Below are positions 1 through 13,017 of a stretch of DNA of 64,000 bases, one piece after another. Made by a program: the position numbers and the translations under genes. The notes beneath the pieces are model-generated. The model ran no database searches, was not told the DNA's origin, and saw only the letters and a list, made by a program, of their open reading frames with translations. Numbering within the stretch: the first letter of the stretch is position 1; the number at the start of each line of letters is the position of its first letter. Source of the DNA: Podospora anserina (Eukaryota); contig CM030335.1 in assembly GCA_017654855.1 (NCBI GenBank), positions 1,736,001-1,800,000 on the forward strand, written 5' to 3'.

Positions 1-613
1 GCCGGTCATCATCGGAGCAAGTCTCTGTCCCCTGCGCTCCCCCCTGTCTTGCTAATAAGCCTTAGCCCTGTGCTAACTGGTCCCACTTTTGTCGACGACA
101 GTATCCATCTTGTCGATGACAATACTCAGCTCGGCGGCAACAGTATACACCTGTGTGAGGCCCATATAAAATGTTTCTTGCCTGTTTGGCCCAGTTATTT
201 TGCTCTTCACCACCGTCGTAGCTCACACAGCTTTCTTCATCCGTCGCAACCTTTGTCGTCTGATCCTACGGAAGCCTTCTCATCCCACATACATAGCCTT
301 TCGGTTTTGATCGCGATTTTTACCTACAAGGCACTCACTTCCTACTTGGACATCTTAGTTTATTGCTCGACATCTACCTCCTACTTGACCTCCGGTGTTG
401 CTATCATCACGCAAGTCGCTCAATTGGGCTTTTCTGCAGCAAGAAGTCGTCAAGTAAGGACTCCTTCCTTCGCTCACCACCCCGAGAGATGCTTCCATGA
501 TTTCTAGCGGCTTCGATCCGGTCTTATCATACTTTTGCTACAATTTTGACTTTTATTCTGAACTATTCTAACTTCGGTTAATAGATCGGTCACTTAGAAT
601 CCCACCAACAGCT

Positions 614-2000
614 ATGGAAGACTTCGATTGGTTAAACTACCAATCTGATGAAGATGGACCGCCATTTTTGTGCGAGTTTTGCGACAAGCCCCACCCTTAC
701 ACCCGAGACACGAAATCGTCGTCGACATCAGAGGAAGTTCCATGGCCGGCCCGGGCCTGACGAGCCCCAAAACAGTTGGTTCTTTGCGCGCCGTGCCGAG
801 CACAGCAGGAGGCCTTAGAAGCCGAGCAAAGCCAATCTGCTGCTGCAAACCCCGTCCCGCATCAGTCCGCAACACAGGCCACGGTGAACACTGTTGGGTC
901 TTCCGGAATTGTGCCTCAGGTCCTGGCACAAGCCGGCCGCAGTGAACACTGCTGGACTTCCCGGTGTTACTCCTGCTCTGGCCCATTCGTCTGCCGCCCC
1001 CTCTGAATACCCCATATATAATCCGGCCCACGATCAAGCCCATACGGCATGAATGTCAACAGCCACGGGGAAAATCTCCCGAGTACTGGGTACATCAGCA
1101 ACAGCACTGGCGTGATGAGCCCACGCCCCACGTCCCCTCATTCTGCCTACCCCGTCTATGCGGCGAACCATCAAACCTGCTATGACTTGAATGTCAACAG
1201 TCAGGGGTCGGGGGACCTGCTCACTAGCAGGTATACTTAAGACAATGTTCTGGTTAGTCAACGTCCAGCTTCCGCGCCTTCTCGGTACCCTGCTGATCCG
1301 CTTAACCACCAAGCTCCATACGGAATCAACCGCAACAACCGAGTCCTGGCCAACATCTCGAATAGCGGGTACACCGGCAGGAACTTGGAATGCTGGCCCG
1401 ATGAGCCACCATCAAACCTCCCCTTGTTCCAGCTACAAGAGCCATCAAGCCTCCGACCAGGTGACTCTCAGCAACCAAAGGACGGACAACCTGCCGCATA
1501 GCGTGTACATCAACAATAGTGTTTCCTCGATGACCCCAACAGGCTGGGCGCACGGTGAGAAATGCCGAACACGCCAATGCCTACGGTCACCTCATCAACG
1601 ACAATGCCGCTGGGACCAACGAACTTCCTGCTGGACGCCTCAGCTCAGGAACCCTGAACCTCTCTCCAACTCGAGCGGTCCCCAGATGCGATTCCGGAAG
1701 CGTCGAGCAAGCGACGAACTTGTCGATCCCCGACTGTTGACCCTGCCCAGAGTCACCAGTCCTTCTCCAACGCGAAACGAGGCCAGTGAGTCTCTGGTCA
1801 ACAGTGGGTGTGGTGCTGCCATTCAGAATGCTGAGAACAGCGATGGGGACGGTTGATTACCGAGAGAGCCACGATGTGGATGGTGCCGCTGTTTAGAATT
1901 CTGAGAGCAATGAGGGGGGATGGTGCTGCCGTTGAGAAAGACGAGAGCAATAATGGGGATGACGAGGATGATGGTGGCGAAGACTCCGAGAAAAAGGAGT
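614..2000 (+). pseudogene. Degenerate C2H2 zinc-finger gene (array member 1)
   Basis: ATG 614 reads MEDFDWLNYQSDEDGPPFLCEFCDKPHPYTRDT. Removing one A near 713 continues NRRRHQRKFHGR, giving CxxC..H....H. Downstream frames are broken; the tail contains LVDPRL and an acidic stretch. End is approximate. Confidence 0.55.
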
Positions 2001-4363
2001 GAGCTACATCCAAGCTGCAGTCCAGTTGCTCCCTGGCTTTGACTCAGGTCCAAGGAATTCTCACAGAGCTTCTTTTCAGAGTATTCTTTTTGGAGGAATT
2101 TTGATGAGGGGGGTGTATTGTACGGTCAGAAGAAGGTGTATGGAGGTTATCAACGCGGCAAGCGCACCCCTCCGTGGGAGCTAACCAGGGTCCGCGCAAG
2201 AGCGAGGGAGCGCGATGAAGAGGATCTTTCGAACCCCTTCATCAATTACGACTGACATTATCTGCGTCACATTTATCAACATTGTACCAACATCAAATCG
2301 GGCACCTCACAGGCTCGTTATGTCAGCATACAACATCAAGATTAATCGCCCCAGCCAGCACTGAGCAGAGTTATCAACACGAATGAGCTTTGCTCGCACT
2401 GTGGATATCATACCGAGCATCAAGAGTTCAGCCATTCCATCGCTAAGCAGGCAGGGAACATTGAAGGGTCTATCAACAGCAATACATATTCACAAGGACA
2501 CGTCTTCACAAAAGACTTGTGGGATATCGAACAAAGATCTTTGGTCATTACCCAGGGCCGGCAACTTCAAGACCGAAGGAAATTCAACGGGGAAGGTTGA
2601 AGGCTCAGATGGCTAGCAGATGGAATTTGGAGAGAATCGGGGAGTTTTGGCGTTCGGTTTTTTGGGTGACCAACTGCTTGAGACCAGATGAATGCGGGAA
2701 TGTGGTCGGCTTTGGAATGGCAATTTGCAGAGTACGAAACAACTCTTCTGTGTCGATGCCGATAGGTACACTTGGGACATAAACATCTCATAGCTCGACA
2801 ACATCATCGGCCGGGTCCCTAGGAGCTGGGGTTATAGCTGCATTTTAAATTAGAGGGTGCCAGGGTTGTGACGGTGGGCTTTTGCGAAACCGATCGCTCT
2901 GAATTACTAGATGGGTGCGGGGATGTGATCCGCTGAGGAACGGCCGACGGCCAAGTACGAGTAGGGACTCTTTCGCATCGATATCATCCGGGAAGGTACG
3001 ATCCGACCTTTCAACAACGTCGCCTGAGCTTGACAGGAGGAAATATGTGGCTTTGGGATATTGGAGAGAAGAAGCGCCGGATTGGAGGAGCACCTTCTGA
3101 GTTTGGGGTTGGGAAGGAGGAAGGATACCGGACAAAAGAAAAAAGGATTTGTCTTGTAGAGTATGTATAATAGGATTGCGTTGTTATATCTTCATCACGG
3201 CTATATGAGGTTGTCAATTGCGTCAAGTTGATTGTCGCAAGACATGAGTGATTTCGAAGATCCATCATCCCACCCCGGTAACAGAGGTGATCTTTGCATT
3301 TCCCAGATGGTGCTTATTCTGACTGGAGTCACTGAGGTCTTGGTGTCCCCCACTTCAGCCAGGCGATGACGGACAGTGACAGGCGGTGACAGCGAATACT
3401 CTAAGTGTATTCTGGGAATAGTTACAGATCTCTGAGTCAAAGTGATCAGAGGAGCACAATGCTTGAGGCTTATTTCTTGATGACTGCAGAGGTGACTACA
3501 ATTATGACAACGGCCCAGGAGACATTCGACCTTAAATCTCACAGCAAATCCTGGACCCATGAACTTTCACTTTGTGGGTAGTTCTTCCGCCACCGTGAAC
3601 CGGTCACGATGTAGCTTCTCGCCTGCCCATGTCAGTCCATCTCAAATCGGCTTTGCGTCCTACCGTTTCACTCCTCCAGCTATGGTCAAAATGTCTGGCC
3701 CCTGGTTGCCAAAATCGTCGAGAGGACCGACCGTTTATGTTACCTGTGGTCTTTCCGTAAATAAAGCAGTTGGTGATAGGGGGAAAGAATCATAACAACA
3801 AGAAAGCCCAAGGTCTGAGCAATAGAAATACGGTCGACCGACATACAGATATCCTCATCACTTCTTCCATTGATTGTTTACTTTTACCTACACAAGCCTC
3901 CTCTTGAAGCCCACAACTCCTTGCCGCTTTTACGCATTGTACCTCGTTCCCAAAGTGACCACCGCCCTTCATCATCTTCTTCAAAATGGTAACCCAACTG
4001 GACCCGCTAGTAGTGGGGGAAGAAGCAAAGCTTGGTCAAGTGAATAACACAATGGTATGCGACACCAGGGGTGAAATCAACAATAACAAGCGGGTCCAGT
4101 GCCCGTCGACTGTGTGGGCTGCCACGGAAAGGTCAAGCAGCGCGCAAATATTTTGCGCTGCCCCTCCACTGCTTGTTTACCTTCAACTTGGCCTTTTTCT
4201 TTCCGAGCACCTTACAACCTTTTTCTCTTCTCCTTGTGCCTCTCTTCTCTCCTCCATTCAACTTTGCTCCCTTCTCTTTGCGACTCTTCTTTTTTCTCAC
4301 CCTTTCCACAACGTCCCATTTTTTCAAGGAAAAACACCAGCCAGCCCCGCCAAGCCCAACAAA

Positions 4364-5157
4364 ATGGCGACCATGTTTATGCAAGCTGGTGCCCCAGGCG
4401 GTGATGCCCTTCCCTCTGGAGGCGGCCGCCGCGGGAATCGCTACGATCCTGGGCCATACTACAACTGGGACGACCCTGAAGAAGAGGAGGAGACCGAATA
4501 CGAAAATGGGGACATCTACTACCGCTGCCGTTTTTGCCAACAGCCCATCAAAGGTCGCCGGACAAACACAAAAAGACATCACATCACCTGTCATGGCCGT
4601 GACCACCGGAACCGCCATCAATGGGCCATCGACGTTGGAAATGGCCAAGGTCGTCCCAGGAAGGTCCGGAAGCCTCGCAAGGCCAGAGCTCCTCGGGATG
4701 CCACAAGTGTAAGCTTCGATCTTTTTTCATTCAACTTTGCAAAGTCATCTAAACTAACTGGTATCAACAGCGTTCACTAGCCGAGCAGCAACCGACCGCT
4801 GAGCCGCCCAACCGTTCGCAAGCCGCCGAGACAGCGCTTCCAGCCGCGCCGCCGTTCATCCCAGCTCAGCAACAGCATGTGATGTATGCCACCGTCCATT
4901 TTGAGAGCCAGTACCCCTTGTGGCCTCTCGAGAGGCATGGCGCAGTTGTTGAGGTACCAGATCGGGTGTCACAAGCCCATGGATATGGACAAGGATATGA
5001 AGAGGAGGAACGCCTGAATGAGGCTTCCTTGGAAGAGGGTCCCCCGTCAACCGATCACAACAACGACATGAGCCGGGGCTCGATCCCGAATCACTTGGTC
5101 GACCCGACCCTTCCAGTGCACGAGAGTGCGCCCCCACGTACAGGGCCCAGTTGTTAA
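4364..5157 (+). CDS. Small C2H2-like zinc-finger protein, ~243 aa (array member 2, apparently intact)
   Basis: Exon 4364-4708 (MATMFM..GAPGG..YYNWDDPEEEE..YRCRFCQQPIKGRRTNTKRHHITCHGR); intron 4709-4770 (GTAAGC..CTAAC..CAG); exon 4771-5157 in frame, ending LVDPTLPVHESAP.. Confidence 0.7.
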
Positions 5158-5731
5158 GTTTGCCTGGTGTGTTATGAAGACGCCAGAACGATGTTTTATC
5201 ACTGTACGACATTGAATGAGGTGTATCAAGATATTTGGGTTTAAGGTGAAGGGAATGAAAGGGGTCGGCCAGTCACTCAGTTATAAGGGAGAATAGTTGT
5301 AGGATTAATGTGGTATATCACATGTGGTGGACTGTAAAGGAGGATTAACGGTCCCTTCTTCTGGACATTTTGCTTTTCGAGCATGCCGGGTCCCATGCTG
5401 GTTTTCATTTTATCGACTCCCAGTCCCTATGCCAAAGCTCTGAACAAACTCGTAAGAATGGTGGACAGCACCACATTACGATAGGGGGTGCCAATTGAAC
5501 AATTGCAAGTGGCCAAGTTCGTTGACGACCCTGAGCTCAATGTGAGCGTGGTCAAGCGCGTATTTCTGCCCTGTCCCCCTCCGTTGTTTGTTTACATCCC
5601 CCACTATCCATTTTCGACCGTCTTGGAAGTTTTTTCTTTTCTCTCATCGCAGTCAAAGCCCTGCCACACTTCCAGCCAACCACAACCATAACTGTAACCA
5701 TCACCATTCGGCATACTCCGATACCAAAACG

Positions 5732-6635
5732 ATGGAATCCACGGCGATCATGACATCTGGAGCCGGGGGCCTGGGGGTGGTGGGCCACCATCCCCAGGCC
5801 GGGATGGTTCGCACTACCAACCCGGCAAAAATTACAACTGGGAAAATCCCGACGACCAGGGGGAATCCGAGATGGAGGAGGATGGGAAGAAGGTGTACCG
5901 CTGTCAATTCTATCGCCAAAGAATCTAGAAACGGCGAACCAATGTTCGACGAAACCATGTCAGCTGTCACGGCCGAGAACCAAGAAAACTGGGACAGTGG
6001 AGAACCGACTTGAAGAGTCAAAGGGTGCCAAAGATCCTTCCCGCGGAGGAAGAATACGGAAGAGAGTCCCCCAGGTTAGTTTCTTTCTAACACCATCGTA
6101 TTTTACCTTCCAGCACACTCATCTAACCAAACACAGCGTTCTCTACCAGAGCAGCTCCTGGAGCCACCAAGAGTTGTTAGGGCCGCCGACTCTCTTCCGC
6201 CTTCTCTTCCGGCCCCGGACAATTTGAAGCTCACAGGGACCATACAAATTCGTCCGTCCCAGCTGTACGGCGATTGGACAGTGTTGTCATACACCACCCT
6301 CCCCCGGCTTTCCCAATGGAAGGGGGTATCCCTCATGTTCACCATGCCCCGAATCCACCTCACATGCATGGAGCCAACCCGGCCGCAGGGCATGCCGTCG
6401 GAGCTGGTGGCCTACTAACAGCGACTACTTCGAGCCATACCCCTTGTGGCCCCTCACACAAACGCAGGGCCCGGCTCAAGCAGCGGTTCCAGGCGCGGTG
6501 TCGCCAGTTGAAGACCCATCCGATCCTCAGGTAATCCTGGGCGGGGACGGCTCTGAGAATGGCGACATTGTTATGGGGAGAATCCCGGACAGTCATATCG
6601 ATCCGGATTTGCCTCAGCATGAGATTGCCCCATGA
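5732..6635 (+). pseudogene. Paralog of 4364-5157 with frameshift and premature stop (array member 3)
   Basis: GPGGGG..NYNWENPDD..YRCQFYRQRI*KRRTNVRRNHVSCHGR. Frameshift near 5770; TAG at 5926-5928; intron at a similar position (~6074-6136, GTTAGT..CTAAC..CAG); C-terminal HIDPDLPQHEIAP matches the paralog. Confidence 0.7.
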
Positions 6636-9192
6636 AAGCCTGGGCTTAGTTGTTGAATGCTCCGCCTCTGAGATGAAACCGGGGTTCAAGAACTGGTGTG
6701 AGAAAATTGTACAAGTAACAAGTAAGTTGTATCAAGGAGGAATGGAGACTAGGGAAATATAGCTGACCCCCACCAGATCGCCTGTATTGCCTGCGCCCAG
6801 TTCCCCCCCACCCGCCGCCAACTTGGGTTGCCACTAAGACGGCCGGAACCCTCCCGCTCCCTGGGACTTACCCGATGAACGTTCCAATTCGGAAGAGTAC
6901 ATGGTGGAGTGGCGCGAGGCTGCCGCCATGCGTCTCTTGCCGGAGGATCCTGCCCACCCCTTCGCCACTGCCGTGATGAAGGCGGTTCCTTGGGGAACCG
7001 AGGACCCTGTGGGAGTACTTCAGGGCTGGTGCTGAGGTCGATGGCCATCTGGAATCTGATGCCATCCCACCGTCGCCCGAAGGCTTATATATGTGCCGCT
7101 CCGATCTTGTTGGTTTTGCAGAAACAGTCAGCCACAGCTTCGAAAACAACAAGAGAGAGATAGAATGGGCATACTTATCCTCCTCGTGTTTTCTACGGCG
7201 CTTGTTCCACAGCGGTAGTGTGACGATGGGGGGCTTCAGCATTCTTTGAGACGGCTCTGAGGATGGCTTGGTGCTAAAGTTATCACCATCGCCGTCGCTG
7301 CCGGGGATGAGATGATCAGACTCTGCCCCGGAATGTTAGCTTGAGGCTTTGAGCAGAGATGACGACTGTCTTTCGCAAAAAGTTCGATGTAGCTTTGTGT
7401 TAGGAGGCGTTGATTTGACAATTGTCGACCTCGGTTAGCGTTGGCCCGTTGGGCAAGCGGGTTGACTAGATGTCAAACAATGGAACACAAATCTGGGGAC
7501 GAACAGCCTCCCCTGGGCCAACAAGCCCACCCGAGGGTCGAAGGTGGTGAAGAAGAGCAATAGTTTTGGGACCCTCCAAATCGATTTTGGGACCCCCTTA
7601 GCCACATATATCCCTAACCCTGATAATATGTCTTTTGCCTACACTACGCCTTTCTTTTTTCAAAAAGAAAAAGGTATGAGATTTTTACGCTAAATATCTG
7701 TGAATAACCTTACTTTTAAGTTTCTTTAACTGTGGATCATAGTGGAATTAGTGATGTTCGTAACAGCTGAGATACCTACGATGGTAATAGTCACCAAAGC
7801 CGACACCTTAAGCCTTTAAAAGGGCAGGGATATGCTGGTAGGTATGTCAGAATAGACAGTATTATGGAAAATCCCTATATTAAAGGCCATTTCTCTGTCC
7901 AGCTTGCCATAATGTAGTGCGCGAGGGGTTACAAAACTATTGCTCGTGAAAAAAAGCCCAGGACAGACCACCAAAGTATGCCGAAGTTGTTTGCCGCTCA
8001 AAATTGGTTTATGCTAACATGGCCTATGGATAGAACTGGGAAAAGCGTTATTTGACTTCTGATCCCGCAAGAAACTCAAGAGACAGCTGTTCCTTGTGTC
8101 ATTGTTCATATTTAGAACACTGGGTGTAAGGCAACTATATCAGGTATCTTTCCGAGGCCTTTGGGTTAAAGGTGATGCACCATAGACAGATGACTAAGAG
8201 AGAACAGCCTTGTGAAAATAAGTCTAAGGAGAATGTGAGGTCATCAGGAAAATCCATCCGAATCGATTCAATGACTTTTCAAAAAGATCGCGGTCTTTAT
8301 TCATCATCAGTGGCAGAATGTCACTGGCCGCAAGAAAGCAACTCCTAGGCTGTAGAAGAACATGGTAAGGTATCCCCAACCTCAAGGATTTTACTGAACT
8401 CAGCTTTTGCCAGATAATTTAGCAGCAAGGCCTCCTGGATGACTGGCCTCGTTCCAATGACAGCTGGGGGTCCTAGGGGCTCTACCTACTTTGGGAGTCA
8501 TTTCGAGTGTTCTTTTAGTATTTAGATCTTCGATTCTCGGATAATGCTGTCTTTGTGTCTTGAGACTTCATAGATGGATTTTGAAGCAACTTCACCTTTG
8601 ATGTTATGTTTATAAACATAGGTATTTGCGCTATAACAAAGCTCTTCTTTGGATTTCGCTTTTTCAACCTGACATTTTTGCCCTTTACTGGTTTGTCTTA
8701 ACGAATCAGTGCTGGCTGGCTGTTGCCTGGAGGGTTTCTCGTTACACTTTTGCTTCGTATATAATATCATTGTTGGCGTAACCTGTTAACTTACACACAT
8801 TTGCCTCGGTGTGCAATGACAACATGGAGTGCGGTTTCTACATGTCCAAGCACCCAGTAGGTTAGGATCCAAACAGCCCAGGCACGCAACTTAGTACCAT
8901 TATCTTACACTGCAACGCCTTGCTCACCACCCAGAGTACTGCCCTGTGCTCAACGGCAGTTTAGCCTGACCGCAGTGACCTACCGTGGAAGTCCTTTTGT
9001 TTTATTTTGCTCTCCTCTATTATGCCTGTCCTTTTTCACCGTCACTTTAACTGACAAGCCTCACCATTATCATCCGAGTCAACAAGAAGAGTAGGAATCT
9101 CTCGCCAAGTTCAGTCGACAACTTGAGGTACTTGACATTCAATCATTTTCGACTTTTTGTCACTAACATCAATTTCACAGACTACGAGCACC

Positions 9193-10067
9193 ATGGCAGC
9201 CACTGCTCACAGCGCTATGCCCGGCTTCGGCGGTCCGCCCGGAGGCGGACCAGGCCCGGCTGGCGGCCCTAAATGGTCGTCAAGCTCAGATGAACCCCGG
9301 GCTCGATATTTTTGCCGATTTCCATATCCAGATGGAACATTTTGTCTCCGAGACTTCGCGACAAGATGGGCGAAACAAAGACACTGTGGGGCGATAAGTG
9401 GGGATGGTGGAGGACGGTATTTTTATAGGCTTTGCTGAGCTTTGGAGGGTGATTCCTTTTCTTAACAAAAAATACAACGCTTTTTCCTCCTCAATTTTGA
9501 TGATATATTGCCTGGTGATGGAACCCATGCCAACGGACCACAACACCAAATTGGCACACATGAACGTCCCCCGGGATCTGTTCATCAGGCTTGGCATGAC
9601 AAGAAATTGAAAAAGGGGCCTAACACACATCAATATTCAAACCACCAATCTGCCACACACCAGACTGTCAGCATTCTCCCTACCCACATCAGCTCGGACT
9701 CAAACTGACTGGGTTCATTAGATTTCCCCAGCTCCATGGCCTCTTTCGGTGCATAGCCACCACCATCATCACATCCCGCCTCCTCCCTCTGCCCAGCACA
9801 TCCAGATAGCCCAGTCTGTCCTTCGACCCCTATCCAGCTCACCTGCTGGATCTGGTCGAAAATCGTGTGGCCAATGACAATGCCGAGACAACAGATGTCG
9901 ATACCGTCCCGGCCAGCCCGCATAATATCCCGGCAAAGACACCTACAATCATCAGAGGCCCAGATATGGAACCCTCGTTGATTGATCCGAACCTGCCAAC
10001 CTATCACAGCATGGCAGAGTTGGTCGTCGACATCGAGCGTCGCAAGATGCATGAAAAGCGTGGTTGA
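9193..10067 (+). pseudogene. Degenerate zinc-finger-like gene (array member 4)
   Basis: Gly/Pro-rich N-terminus (PGFGGPPGGGPG), YFCRFPYPDGTFC..KQRH, in-frame stops, intron-like GTCAGC..CTGAC..TAG near 9668-9722, C-terminal LIDPNLPTYH motif shared with members 2 and 3. Confidence 0.5.
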
Positions 10068-10797
10068 GCCCCTCCAAGGTCTTTTCTTTGGAAAAAGATA
10101 CTCGACCGACATGGGTGACTTGAGGGAAAATTTTGAGGACAAATCTTTGGGAATAATCTTGGTTAATTGCGCGATGAGTTAGAGTTTTGGTGCTTATTGA
10201 CGTTTGTCTATGCAGATGTTACCGGGGAGATTTTATTGCCTTTGGTTGGGGGTAAATGGGATATTTTAAGTGTGGGAGTATTCAGTGGTAGAGGGAGAGT
10301 GTGTACTGTACTATTGTAATGAACTTCTGTAAATCTATCAGTTCTTGTGGGAGTAGTGATTGATTATGGGGATATTGTATATTAATGTATTTTACTTTGT
10401 TTGCTTGTACGTTGCGTCTTTTACTGCGGTGTTGAGAATGGTCAAAGGGGACATGTTCTTTTAAGGGATCGGGATGTTTGGCCTTTCATTCTACTGCCTG
10501 TAAATATCATATTTTATGGCTGGTGGCAGGTATGGTGCACAGGTCTGCTGCTACAATTCACGCCTGAATCTGCCCCTTTACCGAAAGCTAAAAGAATGAT
10601 GGTCAGCTTCCCAGGCAAGTACGCGGCGCCGTGCTGTGTCGGTACTTTTCCAATTTTTTTGTCCTCTCCCTCCAACATTTTACACTGATCAAACCCCCAA
10701 CAGCACTACAATGTGACCACATTATCGACAGAGGTATGTACCACAGCACCAGCAGAATTACACACCAACACAGCAGCCCAGCCATCATTCAATCAAC

Positions 10798-11445
10798 ATG
10801 GCCAACCCCCATCCCGGTCCCGTGCTCCGAGAAGAAGAAATCACAACAAGAAAATATGCAACTGATCCCCGGCCTACAGTAATGGAAAGGGCGTTCCCTT
10901 TTCTCAATCTTCGACCCAGCCGTCGTGGCAGATGCCTTTTCCCCGCCTGCAATGCAAAGGCACGTATGTTCGGGACTCTCATCAGGCACTTGCAACAGGC
11001 CCACAACATACGACCAATTAATCAAGCAAACAACTGGAGGGTAATCATGCGTAGAGTTGGCCTCTGGTGTTTCCGCCATGTTTGCAGTCTCCCTCTGAAA
11101 AGCGAGACTCACTGTCTGGCCAATGTACACCAGTTCCCTTGCCTGTACCCAGGCACGCCAGGTTGAACAATGGTTCCCCAACGAGCCGGCGTGGATATAC
11201 CACATACTTTCGAGACACGGCCTGAGATCAGATGCGACATATCCAGTTTTTGAGAGACTGTGACTGGGTTGGTAAGATTTCCGCCCGTCTTGAACTGCTG
11301 AATGATATTGACGCAGTGCTTCAGAAACAGGACAGGCTAGTGGGAATGACCGGGGCGCAGGCAGACAGATATGGAGTGAATGGACCGGGAAACTGGGATA
11401 TGGAGAACTTGGCTTGTGTGGGGGACATTGATATTGGATGATGAG
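10798..11445 (+). pseudogene. Degenerate C2H2-type gene (array member 5)
   Basis: CLFPAC..LIRHLQQAH finger followed by further Cys/His-rich sequence; stop at 11164-11166 and a frame change into ORF 11232-11441. Confidence 0.4.
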
Positions 11446-11715
11446 CGGTAGCATCAGGTTATCCAGTATGCATGAGACAACCAGCGGTAATCAAGAATCA
11501 AGGGCTAATAACCGTGACTGACAACAGTGGCACAGTGACAGGCAACAGTTGGAGCCAGCAACGCACTGTGTGGGTCCGGTCCAACGACGCCTGGCCACTC
11601 ATGCTCGGTTTCAATTTTCAAAGAAATCAACTCCACGGCACCAAATCACAGCAGCGCTGTCATTGATGACCCATGGCCTTCTCCCTGAGGTAACACCTGC
11701 CATTCTCGTCACTCG

Positions 11716-12852
11716 ATGACGATGGCATCTCCCGCAAGACCAGCCCCGGAAGAGCTGGTCACAGTCATCATCACAACCTCTCCCACGCCTTCTGCGCCAT
11801 CCACCGAGCTCTTGGAGCAGATTGCCGCCTCTTTCAGAAAGCACTGCGCCTCTCTCATTCACTGCCGTGTCATTGTCGTCCTCGACACCTACGATCACGT
11901 CAGTAAGAAGCCGCGACTGAAAAAGGGCCATGTCACACCCGACAGCGCGGCAAAGTATGCCGACTATAAGGCCAACGCCAAGAGGCTCATTCTCAAGGAG
12001 TACTCCTCTACCGAACGGCCTTACGGCACTGGCGATTTGTTCAAGGCGCAGGAGAAGGCCGAGTTTGGGTCCGGGGCGGCAGCTTATGCGTCGCAGGACA
12101 ATGCGGTGGTGATGAACATCACGACGACCAAAGACGGGCGTGTCACGTTTGTTGAGCCGGTGCAGCGGTTGGGATTTGGGCTGGCGGTTCGGTCGGCGTT
12201 GAGGATGACGGTTACGCCGTATGTCTGGATTCAGCAGCATGACTGGGCGCTGGTGACGGACATTCCTCTTGGGCCGCTGTTGCAGATCATGCAGCAGCAC
12301 AAGGCCCCGCCTTCAGCAGAGCAGGACAAAGAGAATAACGAAATATTGCCGGAAGCTGTTCGACCTCCGGTTGAATATGTCTGCTTCCCGTCGATACGGA
12401 TGATGGAGTACGCCACCTCAGACCACGTCATGCTCTACCCTGCTCTTCGCGCGTTGACCCAGCTTCACAAACAAAACTTTACCGTTCAGTCGGAGTTGGA
12501 GGACGGGACAGCCGTCACCTCGAGGGTTCCTCTCACGCCTCTGTTTCTCTGGCACGACAAGCCACACCTAGCCTCCACCAGCCACTACCTCAACCAAGTT
12601 TTTTACAGCCGAATCGCCATCCAGAGGGGCGCCTTCATCGAGGACACCGTCGGTCATCTGGCAAGGGACGAGATGAAGCAAGGAAAATGGAACAAGTGGG
12701 CTTGTTGGCTGTATTACCCGGACGAAGGGAAGCATCTGTGTCTCCGGCACCTCAAAGGGAGGACATGGCGGGGTGTCGAGGCCGAACTAGCGGCCAAGCT
12801 GGAGTACATGCGGTTGAACGGCTTGGACGTCAACGTACAAGTGCCCAATTGA
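11716..12852 (+). CDS. Conserved fungal protein, possible GT-A fold glycosyltransferase-like
   Basis: Intronless 378-aa ORF with coding-like composition. VTVIITTSP..PST and TPYVWIQQHDW motifs resemble GT2-like proteins (inference). Confidence 0.7.
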   Translation: MTMASPARPAPEELVTVIITTSPTPSAPSTELLEQIAASFRKHCASLIHCRVIVVLDTYDHVSKKPRLKKGHVTPDSAAKYADYKANAKRLILKEYSSTERPYGTGDLFKAQEKAEFGSGAAAYASQDNAVVMNITTTKDGRVTFVEPVQRLGFGLAVRSALRMTVTPYVWIQQHDWALVTDIPLGPLLQIMQQHKAPPSAEQDKENNEILPEAVRPPVEYVCFPSIRMMEYATSDHVMLYPALRALTQLHKQNFTVQSELEDGTAVTSRVPLTPLFLWHDKPHLASTSHYLNQVFYSRIAIQRGAFIEDTVGHLARDEMKQGKWNKWACWLYYPDEGKHLCLRHLKGRTWRGVEAELAAKLEYMRLNGLDVNVQVPN

Positions 12853-13017
12853 ATCAACGCCTTTTGAATTATTCATTGTTACCTCCAGACTTTATCTCAA
12901 TCGACAAAAAAAGCATGGTATCTCAATTCTCAACAGATCCAAAACCTCTACATGCGCCGTTTACATCCGTCTCAGCATACCTCCAATCCAACAGACATGT
13001 TCCTACCAAGCGCAATC

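Noticed and set aside
7612-7623. CCCTAACCCT telomere-like motif (also near 59653)
   Set aside because: Under two repeats; no telomerase RNA context.
7800-8770. AT-richer stretch with broken minus-strand ORFs
   Set aside because: Possibly a decayed gene, but no recognisable motif.
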